Source: Myxococcota bacterium (GTDB lineage: Bacteria; Myxococcota; UBA4151). From it: a stretch of DNA of 51,043 nucleotides. The notes beneath the pieces were generated by a model. It was given only the letters and a program-made list of their open reading frames with translations. It searched no databases and was not told where the DNA came from. The stretch lies in contig JAYZBQ010000012.1 of NCBI GenBank assembly GCA_036338695.1, positions 1-51,043 of the forward strand, written 5' to 3'. This document shows positions 16,593-26,980 of the stretch, in pieces; position 1 is the stretch's first letter, and the number at the start of each line of letters is the position of its first letter. The position numbers and the translations under genes were made by a program.

Positions 16593-17704
16593 TCGCAGAC
16601 TCCAAAGGTCGGGTTGGGGCCGGTCTCGCGACAGGTGGGCCGCTCGATCCCTTCCATCGGCGCGCACTCGACGTCCGGGTCGGTCAGCGAGCAGATCGGA
16701 CGGCAGGCAGCGGTCGCCGAGCACAGGGTGCCGTCTGGGCAGTCACGGTGACCGTCGCAAGGTGAGCCGACCGCGCAGAAGCCTTGCTCGGCGGTGGCGG
16801 GATCACAGGCTGTATTGCAGGCGCAGCCCATGCCGTTCGCGCCGCAGTTCCAGACTTGGGGGTTGGCGGGCTGGCAGCTGTACGAGGCTGTGTCGTCGCT
16901 GGTGCACTGTCCACGTTGCAGCGGGTCGCATGATGCGATGCAGACCCCGAGGTTGAGCTCCGGGCTGAGCCGTGCGCAGGTGGGGTTGGGCGCTGCGCAG
17001 GCTTGACCTCGGGCGCCGGATGGGTCGCACAGCTGGGTGCACAAGGCTCGGTTGGGGTTGTTGGCGGTCGGTTGATCCAAACAGATGGTTCCTGGCTCGC
17101 AGCTGCCCGAGCCGTTGTTGCACTCGGCGTCGACGGGGAGCGTACCCGCGACGTCGCAGGCTGCTTGGCTGACGTCGCCGAACCAAAAGGCGCAGCCGCG
17201 CCCTTCGCCGCACGAGGTAGGGTCCAACATATCGCACGCTTGGGTGCAGACTCCGGTGTTCTTCACGCGACCTGGATCCCGGACGCAGACCTCGCGGGCG
17301 TCGCAATCGCTGGCGGCGATACAGTTACCTTGCTGGCAGAAACCGCCACCCTGCGTGCTTGGCTCGCGCGCCGGGATGCACAGCTCATTGGGTGACGTGC
17401 AGGACAGCATATTGCCGGGTTCACAGGCGTTGCGGCAGACGCGCTCACAGCTGGCTTGACCCTCGGTGCAGAACGCATTGTCGCAGACCAAGCCCTCGGC
17501 GCACTGAATATTTCGTGAGCACGACTCCTCGAAGTTGCGGCTGCCGGGGACGACGCACTCGCCGCTGACGCCGTCGCTCGTGGCGCAGCTGTAGCCTGTG
17601 GGGCAGCCCTCGTTGATCCGACATGGGATCCCGCTGAGGTCCTCGAAGTCGTACACCAAGCTGCACCCTGAGCAGAGCAGAAACGTGACGATGAGCGCTC
17701 TCAT
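16589..17704 (-). CDS. Cysteine-rich repeat lipoprotein
   Basis: Lipobox CSGC and many Cys-rich modules. Confidence 0.85.
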   Translation of the reverse strand: MRALIVTFLLCSGCSLVYDFEDLSGIPCRINEGCPTGYSCATSDGVSGECVVPGSRNFEESCSRNIQCAEGLVCDNAFCTEGQASCERVCRNACEPGNMLSCTSPNELCIPAREPSTQGGGFCQQGNCIAASDCDAREVCVRDPGRVKNTGVCTQACDMLDPTSCGEGRGCAFWFGDVSQAACDVAGTLPVDAECNNGSGSCEPGTICLDQPTANNPNRALCTQLCDPSGARGQACAAPNPTCARLSPELNLGVCIASCDPLQRGQCTSDDTASYSCQPANPQVWNCGANGMGCACNTACDPATAEQGFCAVGSPCDGHRDCPDGTLCSATAACRPICSLTDPDVECAPMEGIERPTCRETGPNPTFGVCE

Positions 17705-18969
17705 GGTTGACCTCCAGCCAGCTTCTCAATGGCTGCGTTCTTGGTCCGCACGCGCTGCAAGAGGTAGGCGCCGGTCAGGTTGAGCAAAACCCCCGAGGCG
17801 AGCGTTGCGTCGGCGATCAAGGCATACTGTTGCCCAGCCGATTGCAGATCTGCGACGGCTGGATCGTGGCCAAGGGTCTCGCGGAGCTGTCCGTAAGTCG
17901 CTTCGGTCTGCAGGGCAGACCAGCCGGAAACCATCAGCGCGCTCGAGCCGAGCGCGATGCTCGTCCAAGCCCAGACCGAGCTGACGCGCGCTGGGTGACG
18001 CCCCGCATCGCCTGGGCTGATGGTGACCTCAAGCGGGGCGCTCAGGCCTTGCCAGACACGCTGAGCGTGGGCGCCGAGGGGCTCGCCGGGTAGAAACGAA
18101 GCGACCGCCGTGCGCGGCTCACTCAAACCGGTATGCAGGGTGCAGCGTGCGTCGTAGCGAGACGTGACAAGGGTCAGCGTACACAGCACCAAGCCGTCTA
18201 CCCCGAGACTTCGCCGGACAGCGTCCGCTTGGCTCCGGTCGCCTCGGGCACCTGCGCCGAGTTGAGCAGCCACCGGCGCAAGCTGCGCGGCCGCTTGCGG
18301 GAGCAGGGTCGCCCGCGTCGTGCTGGGCGAGATCGTGACCCATTGCCAAACGGGGACATGCCCCGTCTGGGTTGCGCCGATGAGATGGATGCCGGGCGCC
18401 ACGGTCGGGCTCGTCGGCCGATCCCAAGGCTGATCGTCAATCCACAGACGCGCACCGGGTGCGATGCGGATGGCGATCTCAACCCCGGCGGCAGCCGCAG
18501 CGTTTAGCTCGCCCCAGAGCTCAGCCAGCGTGTTGGTGAGGTCGGCTGGGAGCGACTTCAGGCCGAGGACGGAAGCCGCCTGCAGGGTGGCTCGAGCTTC
18601 GTCTGCCTGGAAGTTCATCACCTGCACACCGGCTCGGTAGGCGAAGACCTCCGCAAGGCGCGCCGCGTCACCTCGTCGGGGCTGGGTCATCAGCGCCCGC
18701 TCGGCTTGATCGAGGGTCGCCACGAGCGTGTCGAGCTGAACCTGCCGCCACGCCATCCGCGCCGCATTGAGGGCTTGACCGGCGAGGTCGGTGTCGTTGC
18801 TCCTGCCCGTCAGGAGCCGAAGCAAGTCGGTCGGCCCGGCGAGCGCTTGGAGCTCTTCGGCCAGCGCGGTGGTGCCCGCCTCTTGGGATTCAACCCACAC
18901 GAGGGTCGAAGCTGCCTCGAGCTGTCCGCTGCTCAGACACAGCGCGGTGATTAGTAGGGTGCGCCTCAT
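17701..18969 (-). CDS. Exported protein with PEGA-like domain and C-terminal TMs
   Basis: Signal peptide; PGARLWIDD...VAPGIHLIGA PEGA-like motif; stop overlaps the next start (ATGA). Confidence 0.7.
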   Translation of the reverse strand: MRRTLLITALCLSSGQLEAASTLVWVESQEAGTTALAEELQALAGPTDLLRLLTGRSNDTDLAGQALNAARMAWRQVQLDTLVATLDQAERALMTQPRRGDAARLAEVFAYRAGVQVMNFQADEARATLQAASVLGLKSLPADLTNTLAELWGELNAAAAAGVEIAIRIAPGARLWIDDQPWDRPTSPTVAPGIHLIGATQTGHVPVWQWVTISPSTTRATLLPQAAAQLAPVAAQLGAGARGDRSQADAVRRSLGVDGLVLCTLTLVTSRYDARCTLHTGLSEPRTAVASFLPGEPLGAHAQRVWQGLSAPLEVTISPGDAGRHPARVSSVWAWTSIALGSSALMVSGWSALQTEATYGQLRETLGHDPAVADLQSAGQQYALIADATLASGVLLNLTGAYLLQRVRTKNAAIEKLAGGQP

Positions 18970-19078
18970 CGAAGGACTCCAGACCACTTGGGTAAAACGA
19001 TTCTATGCGATTACCGAGCTTTTATAAACGTGCTCGGGTGCAATGAGCTAGACTCTGTTTTTGAGCGGGGGCGCCGAC

Positions 19079-19849
19079 TTACTCTTCGCAGCGTACCAAA
19101 ACCGCCGTGACGTTGTCGTGCCCACCGTGCGCGTTCGCCGAGTCGATCAGCCGGCGGCAAGCAACGTCGAGGTCGTCTTCGTTCTCGAGCACGAGGTCGA
19201 GAATCTGCTGATCGGTGATCATCCCCGATAAGCCGTCTGAGCAAAGCAGGTAGATGTCCCCCGGGCGGGGCTCGAGCGGCTGGATGTCCACCTCGACGAC
19301 GTCACGCATCCCGAGCGCTCGCACGATCACGTTTTTGTGCGGGAAGGCTTCGATCTCTTCCGGTGTGAGCCGGTTGGTGCGGAGATAGTCGTTGAGCAGC
19401 GAGTGGTCGCTGGTGAGCTGGCTGATCTCGCCGTCGCGGATCAGATAGCCGCGGCTGTCACCAACGTGCGCCATGTAGGCAGCGCGCGGGCTCACGAGGA
19501 TCACGACGACCGTCGTCCCCATGCTCTCACAGCCCTTCGTCGCCTGCGCTTTCTCGATGATGTGCAGGTTGGCGAGCTTGACCGAGGTCGAGAGCCGGTT
19601 GGCTTCGTAGTTGAGCTTCTTGTTCTCTTTGAACGGCCAGGTGCGATCTTGGTCGGCGCTCGTCTCCATGTAGAAGTCGCCGACGGTCTCCACGGCGATC
19701 GCCGAGGCGACCTCGCCGCTTGCGTGACCGCCCATGCCGTCCGCCAAAACGAACACGTTATGCTCTGGATACAGAGCGAAGGCGTCCTCGTTGTGGGCTC
19801 GCTTCTGACCGACATCGGTGCGGCCTGTCGCAGAGATTTTCATCGACAT
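19079..19849 (-). CDS. PP2C-type Ser/Thr protein phosphatase (Stp1/IreP family)
   Basis: RAHNED, ADGMGG, HVGDSR, CSDGL, GGHDN. Confidence 0.95.
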   Translation of the reverse strand: MSMKISATGRTDVGQKRAHNEDAFALYPEHNVFVLADGMGGHASGEVASAIAVETVGDFYMETSADQDRTWPFKENKKLNYEANRLSTSVKLANLHIIEKAQATKGCESMGTTVVVILVSPRAAYMAHVGDSRGYLIRDGEISQLTSDHSLLNDYLRTNRLTPEEIEAFPHKNVIVRALGMRDVVEVDIQPLEPRPGDIYLLCSDGLSGMITDQQILDLVLENEDDLDVACRRLIDSANAHGGHDNVTAVLVRCEE

Positions 19850-19883
19850 GGTGTTCTTTCACTTCGAGCGGGTAAAGTTTGCG

Positions 19884-20246
19884 TCATGGGTCGCCTAGGG
19901 TCAACTGATCTCCGAGCGTGAGGGCATATTTCCTGATGCCGCCGGCGGCGAGCTCGAGCGCAGCGCCTGCGCGATGACCGGCTGGACCGAGCCGCCACGG
20001 GCTCAGATTTTCTTGAAGGCTCAGGATCGTCCCCTGAGGATCGAGCATGACGACGTCGATCGGCCAGCGCATCCCCACCGTGTGGACACGACCGCACGGA
20101 TGGATCCATAAGCCGCGATCAGGCGGCAAGGGTGGGGCGTTGAGCAGGCCGATCAGGCGCTGCTTAAAGGTCGCTGCGACCTCGACGTGCAGCGCTGTGG
20201 GCGCGCCGCTGCGTTCGATGCGCCGCAGTCGGTCGTGGTGACCCAT
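19884..20246 (-). CDS. DUF192 family protein
   Basis: VEVA.TF..R..GL, VHTVGMRWPIDVV.LD, ALEL.AG. Confidence 0.85.
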   Translation of the reverse strand: MGHHDRLRRIERSGAPTALHVEVAATFKQRLIGLLNAPPLPPDRGLWIHPCGRVHTVGMRWPIDVVMLDPQGTILSLQENLSPWRLGPAGHRAGAALELAAGGIRKYALTLGDQLTLGDP

Positions 20247-20249
20247 GCG

Positions 20250-21938
20250 CTAGCCTTTGGGGTTCTTGGACATCGAGATGAGCAGGCCCGTACCCCAGAA
20301 ACCAGCGAGCAAGATGCCGGTCAAGCCGAGGTAGCTAAACGCCGTGGCGAAGGGCTGTGTGTCCACAGCGATCAGGATCGCCGAGGCGACGCTCAGGCCA
20401 GCGGTGACCACCGCGGAGGCGAGCCGGTTGGAGCTGAGTGATAAGGTCTCGATGAGCTGCTGACTGCGCCGCACGTTGAGATCGACCGGGACGGCGTCGT
20501 CGCCGAGGCGGCGCAGCGTCCTAAGGATCAATTCTGGCGCCTCGCGTCCAAGCGCGTAGAGGTCGAGCGAGGCACCCATCAGCTCACGCTGGAGCCTGTT
20601 CGGGTCGAAGCGCTGGGCGATGAGGGTCCCCATGTAGCCGCGCAGCGTGCCGGCGACGTCAAAGTCTGGGTCGAGTGTATGACCCATGTGCTCGAGCGTG
20701 AGCACCCCTTTGAAGAGGATCATCATATCTTGGGGCAGCATGATGTTGGCGCGCGCCGCAGCTGCCGAGCTCTCGAGCAAGGTTTGACCCACGTTCACCT
20801 CGCTCAGCGGACGCGTCCGCAGCGGTGACCAGAGGTTGCTGAGCTGGCGGCCAAACTGAGCGATCGCCATGGGCTGCTCAGGGTTCACCGCGTTGCCGAG
20901 CTCGGCGTAGATGCGCGACGCTCGGTGGAAGTCCCCGTTGACTAGACACAGCAAGAGGTTGGCGACCTGTTCTTGACCGCGCTCGTCCAGCCTGCCGACG
21001 ATGCCGAAGTCGATCAGCCCGAGGCGCCCATCCTCAAACACGAAGACGTTGCCGCTGTGCAAATCGCCATGGAAGACGCCGTGCTTGAAGATCAGGTCCA
21101 AAATCCGGAGCCCACCTTGGGTCGCGACCTCTTTCAGGTCACACGGCAGCGCTTGGATGCGCGCCTCATCGGACAGTGGGACCCCGTCGAGCAGCGACAT
21201 CGTCAAGACGGACTCACCGGAGAGGTGAGGGTAGACGGTCGGGATGACCATGAACGCATCGTCTTGTGCGAGGAAAAAGTTGCCGACCTCTTTGATGTTG
21301 GCGGCTTCTTCCCGGAAGTCCAGCTCCCGGGAGATGGTCTTGAAGAACTCATCGACTAAGCCGACGGGGTTAAAGGCGCGCGTCTCTGGGATGTATTTGA
21401 CCAAGGCATCGGCGATCAGGCTGAGCGCCCGAAGGTCCTCGTCGACCAGAGCTCTGATGCCCGGGCGGCGGATCTTGACGACGACCTCTTGCAGCTCGCC
21501 GGCTTCATCACGAAGCCGCGCTCGGTGCACCTGACCGATCGAGGCCGCTGCGAGCGGTTCGAGGTCAAAGGACTCATAGAGGTCCTCGGGCGGCGCGCCG
21601 AGCGTGTCGGTGATCACCGCGGTGATCTCGTCGGAGGCGATCGGTCGGACGTTGTCCTGGAGTTGTTTGAACTGCTCGATAAACGACGCGTCGATCAGAT
21701 CGGGGCGCATACTCAGGGTTTGACCGAGCTTGACGTAGGTGGGGCCGAGCTCTTCGAGCGCTGCGCGCAACCGCACGGGCATGGGCGCGTCTCGGTATTC
21801 CGGAGCGATCCCGCCGCCGCTGCGCTGGATCCCGAGCCGACTTAAGGTGGGACCGAACCCATACTTACCAAAGACCGTCACAGCCCGACGGACGGAGGCG
21901 ATAGAGCGTACCGCTCGTGTCAACGTAATCAGCGCCAT
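20250..21938 (-). CDS. AarF/UbiB/ABC1 family kinase-like protein
   Basis: LGPTYVKLGQ, AAASIGQVH, VVVKIRRP, FHGDLHSGN, IDFG; C-terminal TMs. Confidence 0.92.
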   Translation of the reverse strand: MALITLTRAVRSIASVRRAVTVFGKYGFGPTLSRLGIQRSGGGIAPEYRDAPMPVRLRAALEELGPTYVKLGQTLSMRPDLIDASFIEQFKQLQDNVRPIASDEITAVITDTLGAPPEDLYESFDLEPLAAASIGQVHRARLRDEAGELQEVVVKIRRPGIRALVDEDLRALSLIADALVKYIPETRAFNPVGLVDEFFKTISRELDFREEAANIKEVGNFFLAQDDAFMVIPTVYPHLSGESVLTMSLLDGVPLSDEARIQALPCDLKEVATQGGLRILDLIFKHGVFHGDLHSGNVFVFEDGRLGLIDFGIVGRLDERGQEQVANLLLCLVNGDFHRASRIYAELGNAVNPEQPMAIAQFGRQLSNLWSPLRTRPLSEVNVGQTLLESSAAAARANIMLPQDMMILFKGVLTLEHMGHTLDPDFDVAGTLRGYMGTLIAQRFDPNRLQRELMGASLDLYALGREAPELILRTLRRLGDDAVPVDLNVRRSQQLIETLSLSSNRLASAVVTAGLSVASAILIAVDTQPFATAFSYLGLTGILLAGFWGTGLLISMSKNPKG

Positions 21939-22004
21939 AGTGGATGCACGTTACGCCCGGTCGGTTCGCGGCGCAAAACTTTGCCGTAGCGGGCGTGGAC
22001 GGCT

Positions 22005-22448
22005 TTAGAAGAGATGCCCCACCGGAAACCCTCGGCGCGCGAGGCGTGCCAGCACCTTCCGTTTGGCCGGATAGCTGCCGTCGGTCTTGGCCATCCATTG
22101 ATCGAATAAGGCGCGACTGCGCGCCGCCTCGTTCTCGGCGCTTAGGAGGTCGTGGTCAGGAGCCTCGGATGGGTCGATCCCTTGGGTACGTAGCTTCTGC
22201 TCCATACGGCGACGGCTCCAGCCGCGTGCAGCGGCGCTGCGTTGAACCGCCTCGATGCACCGCTGATCGCTCTGCAGCCCTTCATCCACAAGTCGCTGGA
22301 CGACCTCTTCGGCGATGGCGTGTTCGAGCGCTCGCTGAGTCAGTTTTTTGATCAGCTCGGCTCGGCTGTACTCGCGCCGACCCAGAAGCCAGAGGCAGTA
22401 ATTCCTGCCCGCTTTGGCGTCCTCGAGCGGGCGCGCCTTTCTACTCAC
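22005..22448 (-). CDS. recX: Regulatory protein RecX
   Basis: LLGRREYSRAEL..KL, GLQSDQR, RLARRGF; GTG 22448 is the probable start. Confidence 0.88.
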   Translation of the reverse strand: MSRKARPLEDAKAGRNYCLWLLGRREYSRAELIKKLTQRALEHAIAEEVVQRLVDEGLQSDQRCIEAVQRSAAARGWSRRRMEQKLRTQGIDPSEAPDHDLLSAENEAARSRALFDQWMAKTDGSYPAKRKVLARLARRGFPVGHLF

Positions 22449-23628
22449 CGAAGCGTTCGATCCCATCGTCGAGGGGCGTTGGCGGCTCGGTCTTTGCCTG
22501 CGCCACAACGGTCTGCTCGAAGTCGTCCTCGCCCGAGCCGCTCACCCCACTGATTCGCAGCGCCAGGTCATCCGGCGAGTTCGCGTAGGCCAGCGCCGTG
22601 TCGTACGTGATCTTCCCTTCTTTGAGCAGCTGGAGCAAAGCCTGGTCAAAGGTCTGGGTGCGCAGCGTCACGTGGGTCTGCTCCATCGATTCTGGGATCT
22701 CATGCGCGCGCTCTGGATCTTGGATCAGCTCTTTGATGCGAAGGCTCGCCCGCATCACCTCACAGGCGGCGACGCGCCCTTTGCCGTCTTTTGTAGGGAC
22801 CAAGCGCTGGCTTACGACGCCTTTGATGATCTGCGCGAGCTGGCGGCGAATGTTCTCTTGCTGATGCGGAGGGAAGACACCGATCACGCGATTGATGGTC
22901 TCATAGGCGCCGTTGGTGTGGAGCGTCGAGAGCACGAGGTGACCGGTCTCCGCTGCCTTCATCGCGATCTCGACGGTCTCCATGTCCCGCATCTCACCGA
23001 TCAAGATGACGTCGGGGTCCTGACGCAGCGCCGAGCGAAGCGCCCTGTTGAAGTTGGTCGTATCGGCGCCGACCTCACGCTGGATGATGCTGCTCCGTTT
23101 GTCCTTAAACGCAAACTCGACCGGGTCCTCGATCGTCACGATGTTCAGCGCAGAGGTGGAGTTGATGTGATCGATCATCGCCGCCAACGTCGTCGATTTA
23201 CCGCTCCCCGTTGCGCCAGTGACCAGCACGAGCCCGCGTTTCTCCTCGCAGATATCATGGATGACCTCGGGCAGCTGTAGCTCGACGATCGAGCGCACGA
23301 CCGATGGAACGACCCGCATGACCATACCGACCGCGCCGCGCTGGTGATGCGCGTTGACACGGAAACGAGCCACGCCGGGCACTTGGTAGGCGAAGTCCAT
23401 CTCTAGGTCTTGCTGGAAGATGCCAAAGCGCTCCTTGCCCATCATGCGCAGCGCCCAGTTCTTGAGCAGCTCGGCGCTGAGCCCCGATTTGGTCCCGAAG
23501 GGGGTGAGCCCACCACGTAGGCGCACCTTGGGTGGGCTGCCTGCTTTGAGGTGGACGTCCGATGCGCCCGCTGAGACCGCTTTCTCCAGCAGCTGGTCGA
23601 GGAGCTCTTCGGGTTTACTCATGGTCAT
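22441..23628 (-). CDS. pilT: Type IV pilus retraction ATPase (PilT/PilU family)
   Basis: ASDVHL, GATGSGKSTT, TIEDPVE, ALRQDPDVILIGEMRD, TGHLVLSTLHT. Confidence 0.93.
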   Translation of the reverse strand: MTMSKPEELLDQLLEKAVSAGASDVHLKAGSPPKVRLRGGLTPFGTKSGLSAELLKNWALRMMGKERFGIFQQDLEMDFAYQVPGVARFRVNAHHQRGAVGMVMRVVPSVVRSIVELQLPEVIHDICEEKRGLVLVTGATGSGKSTTLAAMIDHINSTSALNIVTIEDPVEFAFKDKRSSIIQREVGADTTNFNRALRSALRQDPDVILIGEMRDMETVEIAMKAAETGHLVLSTLHTNGAYETINRVIGVFPPHQQENIRRQLAQIIKGVVSQRLVPTKDGKGRVAACEVMRASLRIKELIQDPERAHEIPESMEQTHVTLRTQTFDQALLQLLKEGKITYDTALAYANSPDDLALRISGVSGSGEDDFEQTVVAQAKTEPPTPLDDGIERFGE

Positions 23629-26600
23629 GATTCCTTCTCTGCGGCGGCGTGGACCACCTGATCAAAGCGATCGATGAGCGTCGCAAAGCGCGCGGTACGC
23701 TGTGCGATCGCCAGGTCCCAGGCTTGATCTGCTGCCTGACGTTGCTCCTCGACGAGCTGGAGGATCCGGTCTTCTTGAGCCTGGATCGAGCCGGCGCGTT
23801 CCTTCAGTGCTGCGACCTCACGCTCGAGCTTGTTGGTGTTGGCTTGTTGAACGTCCGCAGCGCGTGCCAGCGCCTGACGCATCGTCAGTTGGTGGTGTTC
23901 TTCGAGGGCATCTCGCTCTGCCGCCCAGTTCTCTTGCGCGGCTTCGAGCGCCGCCTGGGCCGCGTCGAGCGCACGCTTGAGCTCTTCGATCTGTTGGGCA
24001 TCCCCAGCCTTCGTCGGCGCTTCTCCCTCGCTGGCGTTTGCGAGCGCTTCTTCATCGGCTGGGTCAGCCAGGGCGCGCAGGGCGATGAGCTCGGTGTTGA
24101 GCCGCTCGCGCTGCGCCTCAGCAGTCGCCGCGCGTTCTTGCGCTTCAGCCAGCTGCTCTTCGAGGTCTCGCCGCGCCGCTTGGACTTGGTCCGCTGTATC
24201 TTGCTGGGTTCTGTGCTCGGTAGCCCGGCTCTCGTCGCGCTCTTCGAGCAGCCGTTGTGATCGTTCGGTCGCGTCCAGCAAGCGCTGCTCGAGCGCCTCG
24301 ATCAACGTGTCTTGATCGGCGGAGCGTGCCTCAAGACCCTGCGCGTGACGCTCGACCTGATTAAGTCGCTCAACTTCTTGACTCAGCGAGGTGCGATCGG
24401 CCCGCAACGACTCCAGCTCAGCTTGGGCTCCGTGGAGCCCCGCGAGTTGCTCTGCTTGGCGCTCGAATCGGACGCGCAAGCTGCTCAGCTCGCCCTCGAG
24501 CCGTTGCCGCTCTTGCTCACTCTGCGCTACGCGCGTCTGCAGCTCGACCACCCGGTCGGAGGGCTCATGCTTACGCGCAAGCTGGCTCGCCCTCAGGCGC
24601 TGGTTTTCGAGCTCGAGCCCACGCAAGGCTTGTTCGTTGGCTGCGGCCTCTGTGCCCTGCTGCTGCAGCGCCTCGAGGGTTGCTTGGTAGCGCTGCTCGA
24701 GGGTCTGCGCCTCTGCCTCAAGCGCTTGGATGCGGTCGCTCAGGTCGCGCTCACCGGCTGTCTGCTGCGCCACCTCGAGCTCTTTACGAACGCTCGTTGA
24801 GATCGCCTTTTGCTCGTCGAGCGACTGCGTCAGCTGGGTTACCGTCGCCTCGCGCTCAGCGATGGCCTCGACCTGCGCTGCCGTCTCTTGCTCGAGCACA
24901 TCCACTCGAGCAGCCAGATTGCTCACAGCCTCGGCGAGTTCGACACTGCGCGCCTTGAGGAGCTCCTCTCGCTCCTGAGACGCCTCAAGCGCTTGCTGCG
25001 CCGTCGAGCGCCCCTGGCTCGCAGCCTCAAGTTCCTTTTTGTGACGATCCAACTGTGCCTTGAGCAGGCGACGCTCTTGGTCGAACTGGTCACGCTCAGG
25101 TCGGAGCGCCTCAAGCTCGCTGAGCTGTTGACGCAAGCTCTCGGCGTCTCGGTCGGCGTCGGCGAGCTTGCGGCGCAAGGCGCTGCATTGCTCGTCGAGC
25201 GCTTCCTGCGCATGGATCGCCTCGGCGAGCTGCCCCTTGACGTGAGCGAGCAGGGTGGCGTCGTGACCCTCGTCCTTCTGGCGTGAGGCGGACTCCAGCC
25301 GGAGCTGTGCCTCGTTAAGCAGGTTCTCGCTTTGGCGGTATTGACCTTGCACGCGCCGGAGCTGTCCGGTCGCCTCCGCATGCTCTCGTCGCTGTCGGTA
25401 GTTGCTTTGACGGAGCCGGTAGCTGGCGGCTGCCATCACCTGGTAGTCGACGCGTGCCGCGGCGAGTTCATGCGCCACGGGGTCGCTTGCGCGCGCCGCC
25501 CGCTCGGCTTCGAGCAGGTCGGTGAGCGCGTCGCGCTCAGCCGTTAGTGAAGCGGTTTGTGCGGTGGCGTCAGCGAGTCGCTCGCGCAGGTCCTCACCGG
25601 CACACTCCAGCGCGGCCTGGCTCTCAAGCAGGTGATGTCGGGCGGCGGCTAGGTCAGCCCGCTCGGAGCGGATGAGCTCGAGCTCAGCCTCTGCCTGCTC
25701 AAGCGCCTTGTGCTGCTCGAACGCTTGGTCGACGAGAGCCTGGGCGCGTTGGGTCCCGTTGGCGATCAGGGCTTCGAGGTGGCTCCGGTCGCTGTCGGCT
25801 TGGCGCTCGAGGGCGGCGAGCGCGCGCTCTTGGACTGAGAGCTGCGCTGCAGCCTGCGTCGCCTCGGAGGTCTTGGCTGCAAGGCTCGAGTTGGCTGCTT
25901 CCGCCTCGACACGAAGGCGCTCGTGCTCAGCCTCAAGCGCTTGAAAAGCGGCGTCGGCGTCTTCGAGGCGTGCCTCGAACGCTTCGACGAGCTGGGCGTG
26001 GTCGGCTGCCGTGTGCTCGCGCTCGCCGAGTTGCGCCTTGAGCCCGTCGCGCTCGCGCTGCAAGCGTTTGACACGCTTGTCCGCGTCGCCACGTTTTTGC
26101 TCGGCCTGTTCGAGCTCTGCCACGAGCGAGTCGACGCGCTGCTCGAGCCTGCTGAGGCTGGAGTTGGCGTCGCGCCGGGTCGCCTCGCTCTCGGTCGTGA
26201 TGCGCTCGACCACGCGACCGACCCGCTCGCTGAGCTGGTCAAAGCTAAGCGTCGTGATTCGGTGACCTAAATCAGCGGGCGCCTTCTTGAAGCCGGCGAC
26301 GATGTGATAGATCGGCGGCTCGGCGGCGATGTCCGACAGGCGCCCATCAAACTGGATGGCGCGGTCCTCGCCGGTTCCGGTGATCAGGTAGCCGAGCAAG
26401 GGAACCTGTGCGATGGCCGTGACGTAATCGAAGCGCGTCTCAAGCGCCGTGATCACCTCAGCGTAGTCCAGGCGAGGCTGCTCGTCCCGATGGGCGATCA
26501 TATCCAAGCCGACGTGCTCGCCGTCTGTGGGGAGCACGCCAACGATGCGCCCATCAGGGGCCAGCAAGCGCTCCACGTCGACGAGGAGGTCCTGCTGGCG

Positions 26601-26885
26601 CGCGAGGCGAGCCCCGAAGTCTTGAACGATGACCAGATCGTGACGTTGGCTCGGCACCTCGCTCAGGCCGTCAGGTTCGAGGTAGACGTCGGCGCGCAGC
26701 CCTGCCGGGGGGCGCTCACCCAAGATACTCACTCGGCTCGCGCCGAGCCGATGCAGCCACTCGATCGACTCTTCGGCCGCCGGCCCAACCCACAGGACGC
26801 GTGCGCCCGTTATCCAGGGCTCCATCGCAAGAAGGCGTGGCGCCTCCTCGCTTTTTCGTCCTGAGTGCGGATTAAAGTCAGCCAT
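23625..26885 (-). CDS. Large coiled-coil protein with N-terminal methyltransferase-like domain
   Basis: N-terminal GARVLWVG...HDLVIV...VERLLAPDG pattern, then about 850 aa of E/Q/A/R/L heptads. Confidence 0.8.
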   Translation of the reverse strand: MADFNPHSGRKSEEAPRLLAMEPWITGARVLWVGPAAEESIEWLHRLGASRVSILGERPPAGLRADVYLEPDGLSEVPSQRHDLVIVQDFGARLARQQDLLVDVERLLAPDGRIVGVLPTDGEHVGLDMIAHRDEQPRLDYAEVITALETRFDYVTAIAQVPLLGYLITGTGEDRAIQFDGRLSDIAAEPPIYHIVAGFKKAPADLGHRITTLSFDQLSERVGRVVERITTESEATRRDANSSLSRLEQRVDSLVAELEQAEQKRGDADKRVKRLQRERDGLKAQLGEREHTAADHAQLVEAFEARLEDADAAFQALEAEHERLRVEAEAANSSLAAKTSEATQAAAQLSVQERALAALERQADSDRSHLEALIANGTQRAQALVDQAFEQHKALEQAEAELELIRSERADLAAARHHLLESQAALECAGEDLRERLADATAQTASLTAERDALTDLLEAERAARASDPVAHELAAARVDYQVMAAASYRLRQSNYRQRREHAEATGQLRRVQGQYRQSENLLNEAQLRLESASRQKDEGHDATLLAHVKGQLAEAIHAQEALDEQCSALRRKLADADRDAESLRQQLSELEALRPERDQFDQERRLLKAQLDRHKKELEAASQGRSTAQQALEASQEREELLKARSVELAEAVSNLAARVDVLEQETAAQVEAIAEREATVTQLTQSLDEQKAISTSVRKELEVAQQTAGERDLSDRIQALEAEAQTLEQRYQATLEALQQQGTEAAANEQALRGLELENQRLRASQLARKHEPSDRVVELQTRVAQSEQERQRLEGELSSLRVRFERQAEQLAGLHGAQAELESLRADRTSLSQEVERLNQVERHAQGLEARSADQDTLIEALEQRLLDATERSQRLLEERDESRATEHRTQQDTADQVQAARRDLEEQLAEAQERAATAEAQRERLNTELIALRALADPADEEALANASEGEAPTKAGDAQQIEELKRALDAAQAALEAAQENWAAERDALEEHHQLTMRQALARAADVQQANTNKLEREVAALKERAGSIQAQEDRILQLVEEQRQAADQAWDLAIAQRTARFATLIDRFDQVVHAAAEKES

Positions 26886-26980
26886 CTACGTCCTCGGCGT
26901 GGTCATCGAAAGGTGCACTGATCGCCGGTCTCCTGTACAGTGCCGACAACAGAGCGAAAACTGGCTGGTTTTCGGGAGGA

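Noticed and set aside
22414..23280. Long antisense ORFs (also 39100-40341, 43856-45094, 31268-32191, 10207-11052)
   Set aside because: Shadow frames of well-supported genes in high-GC DNA.
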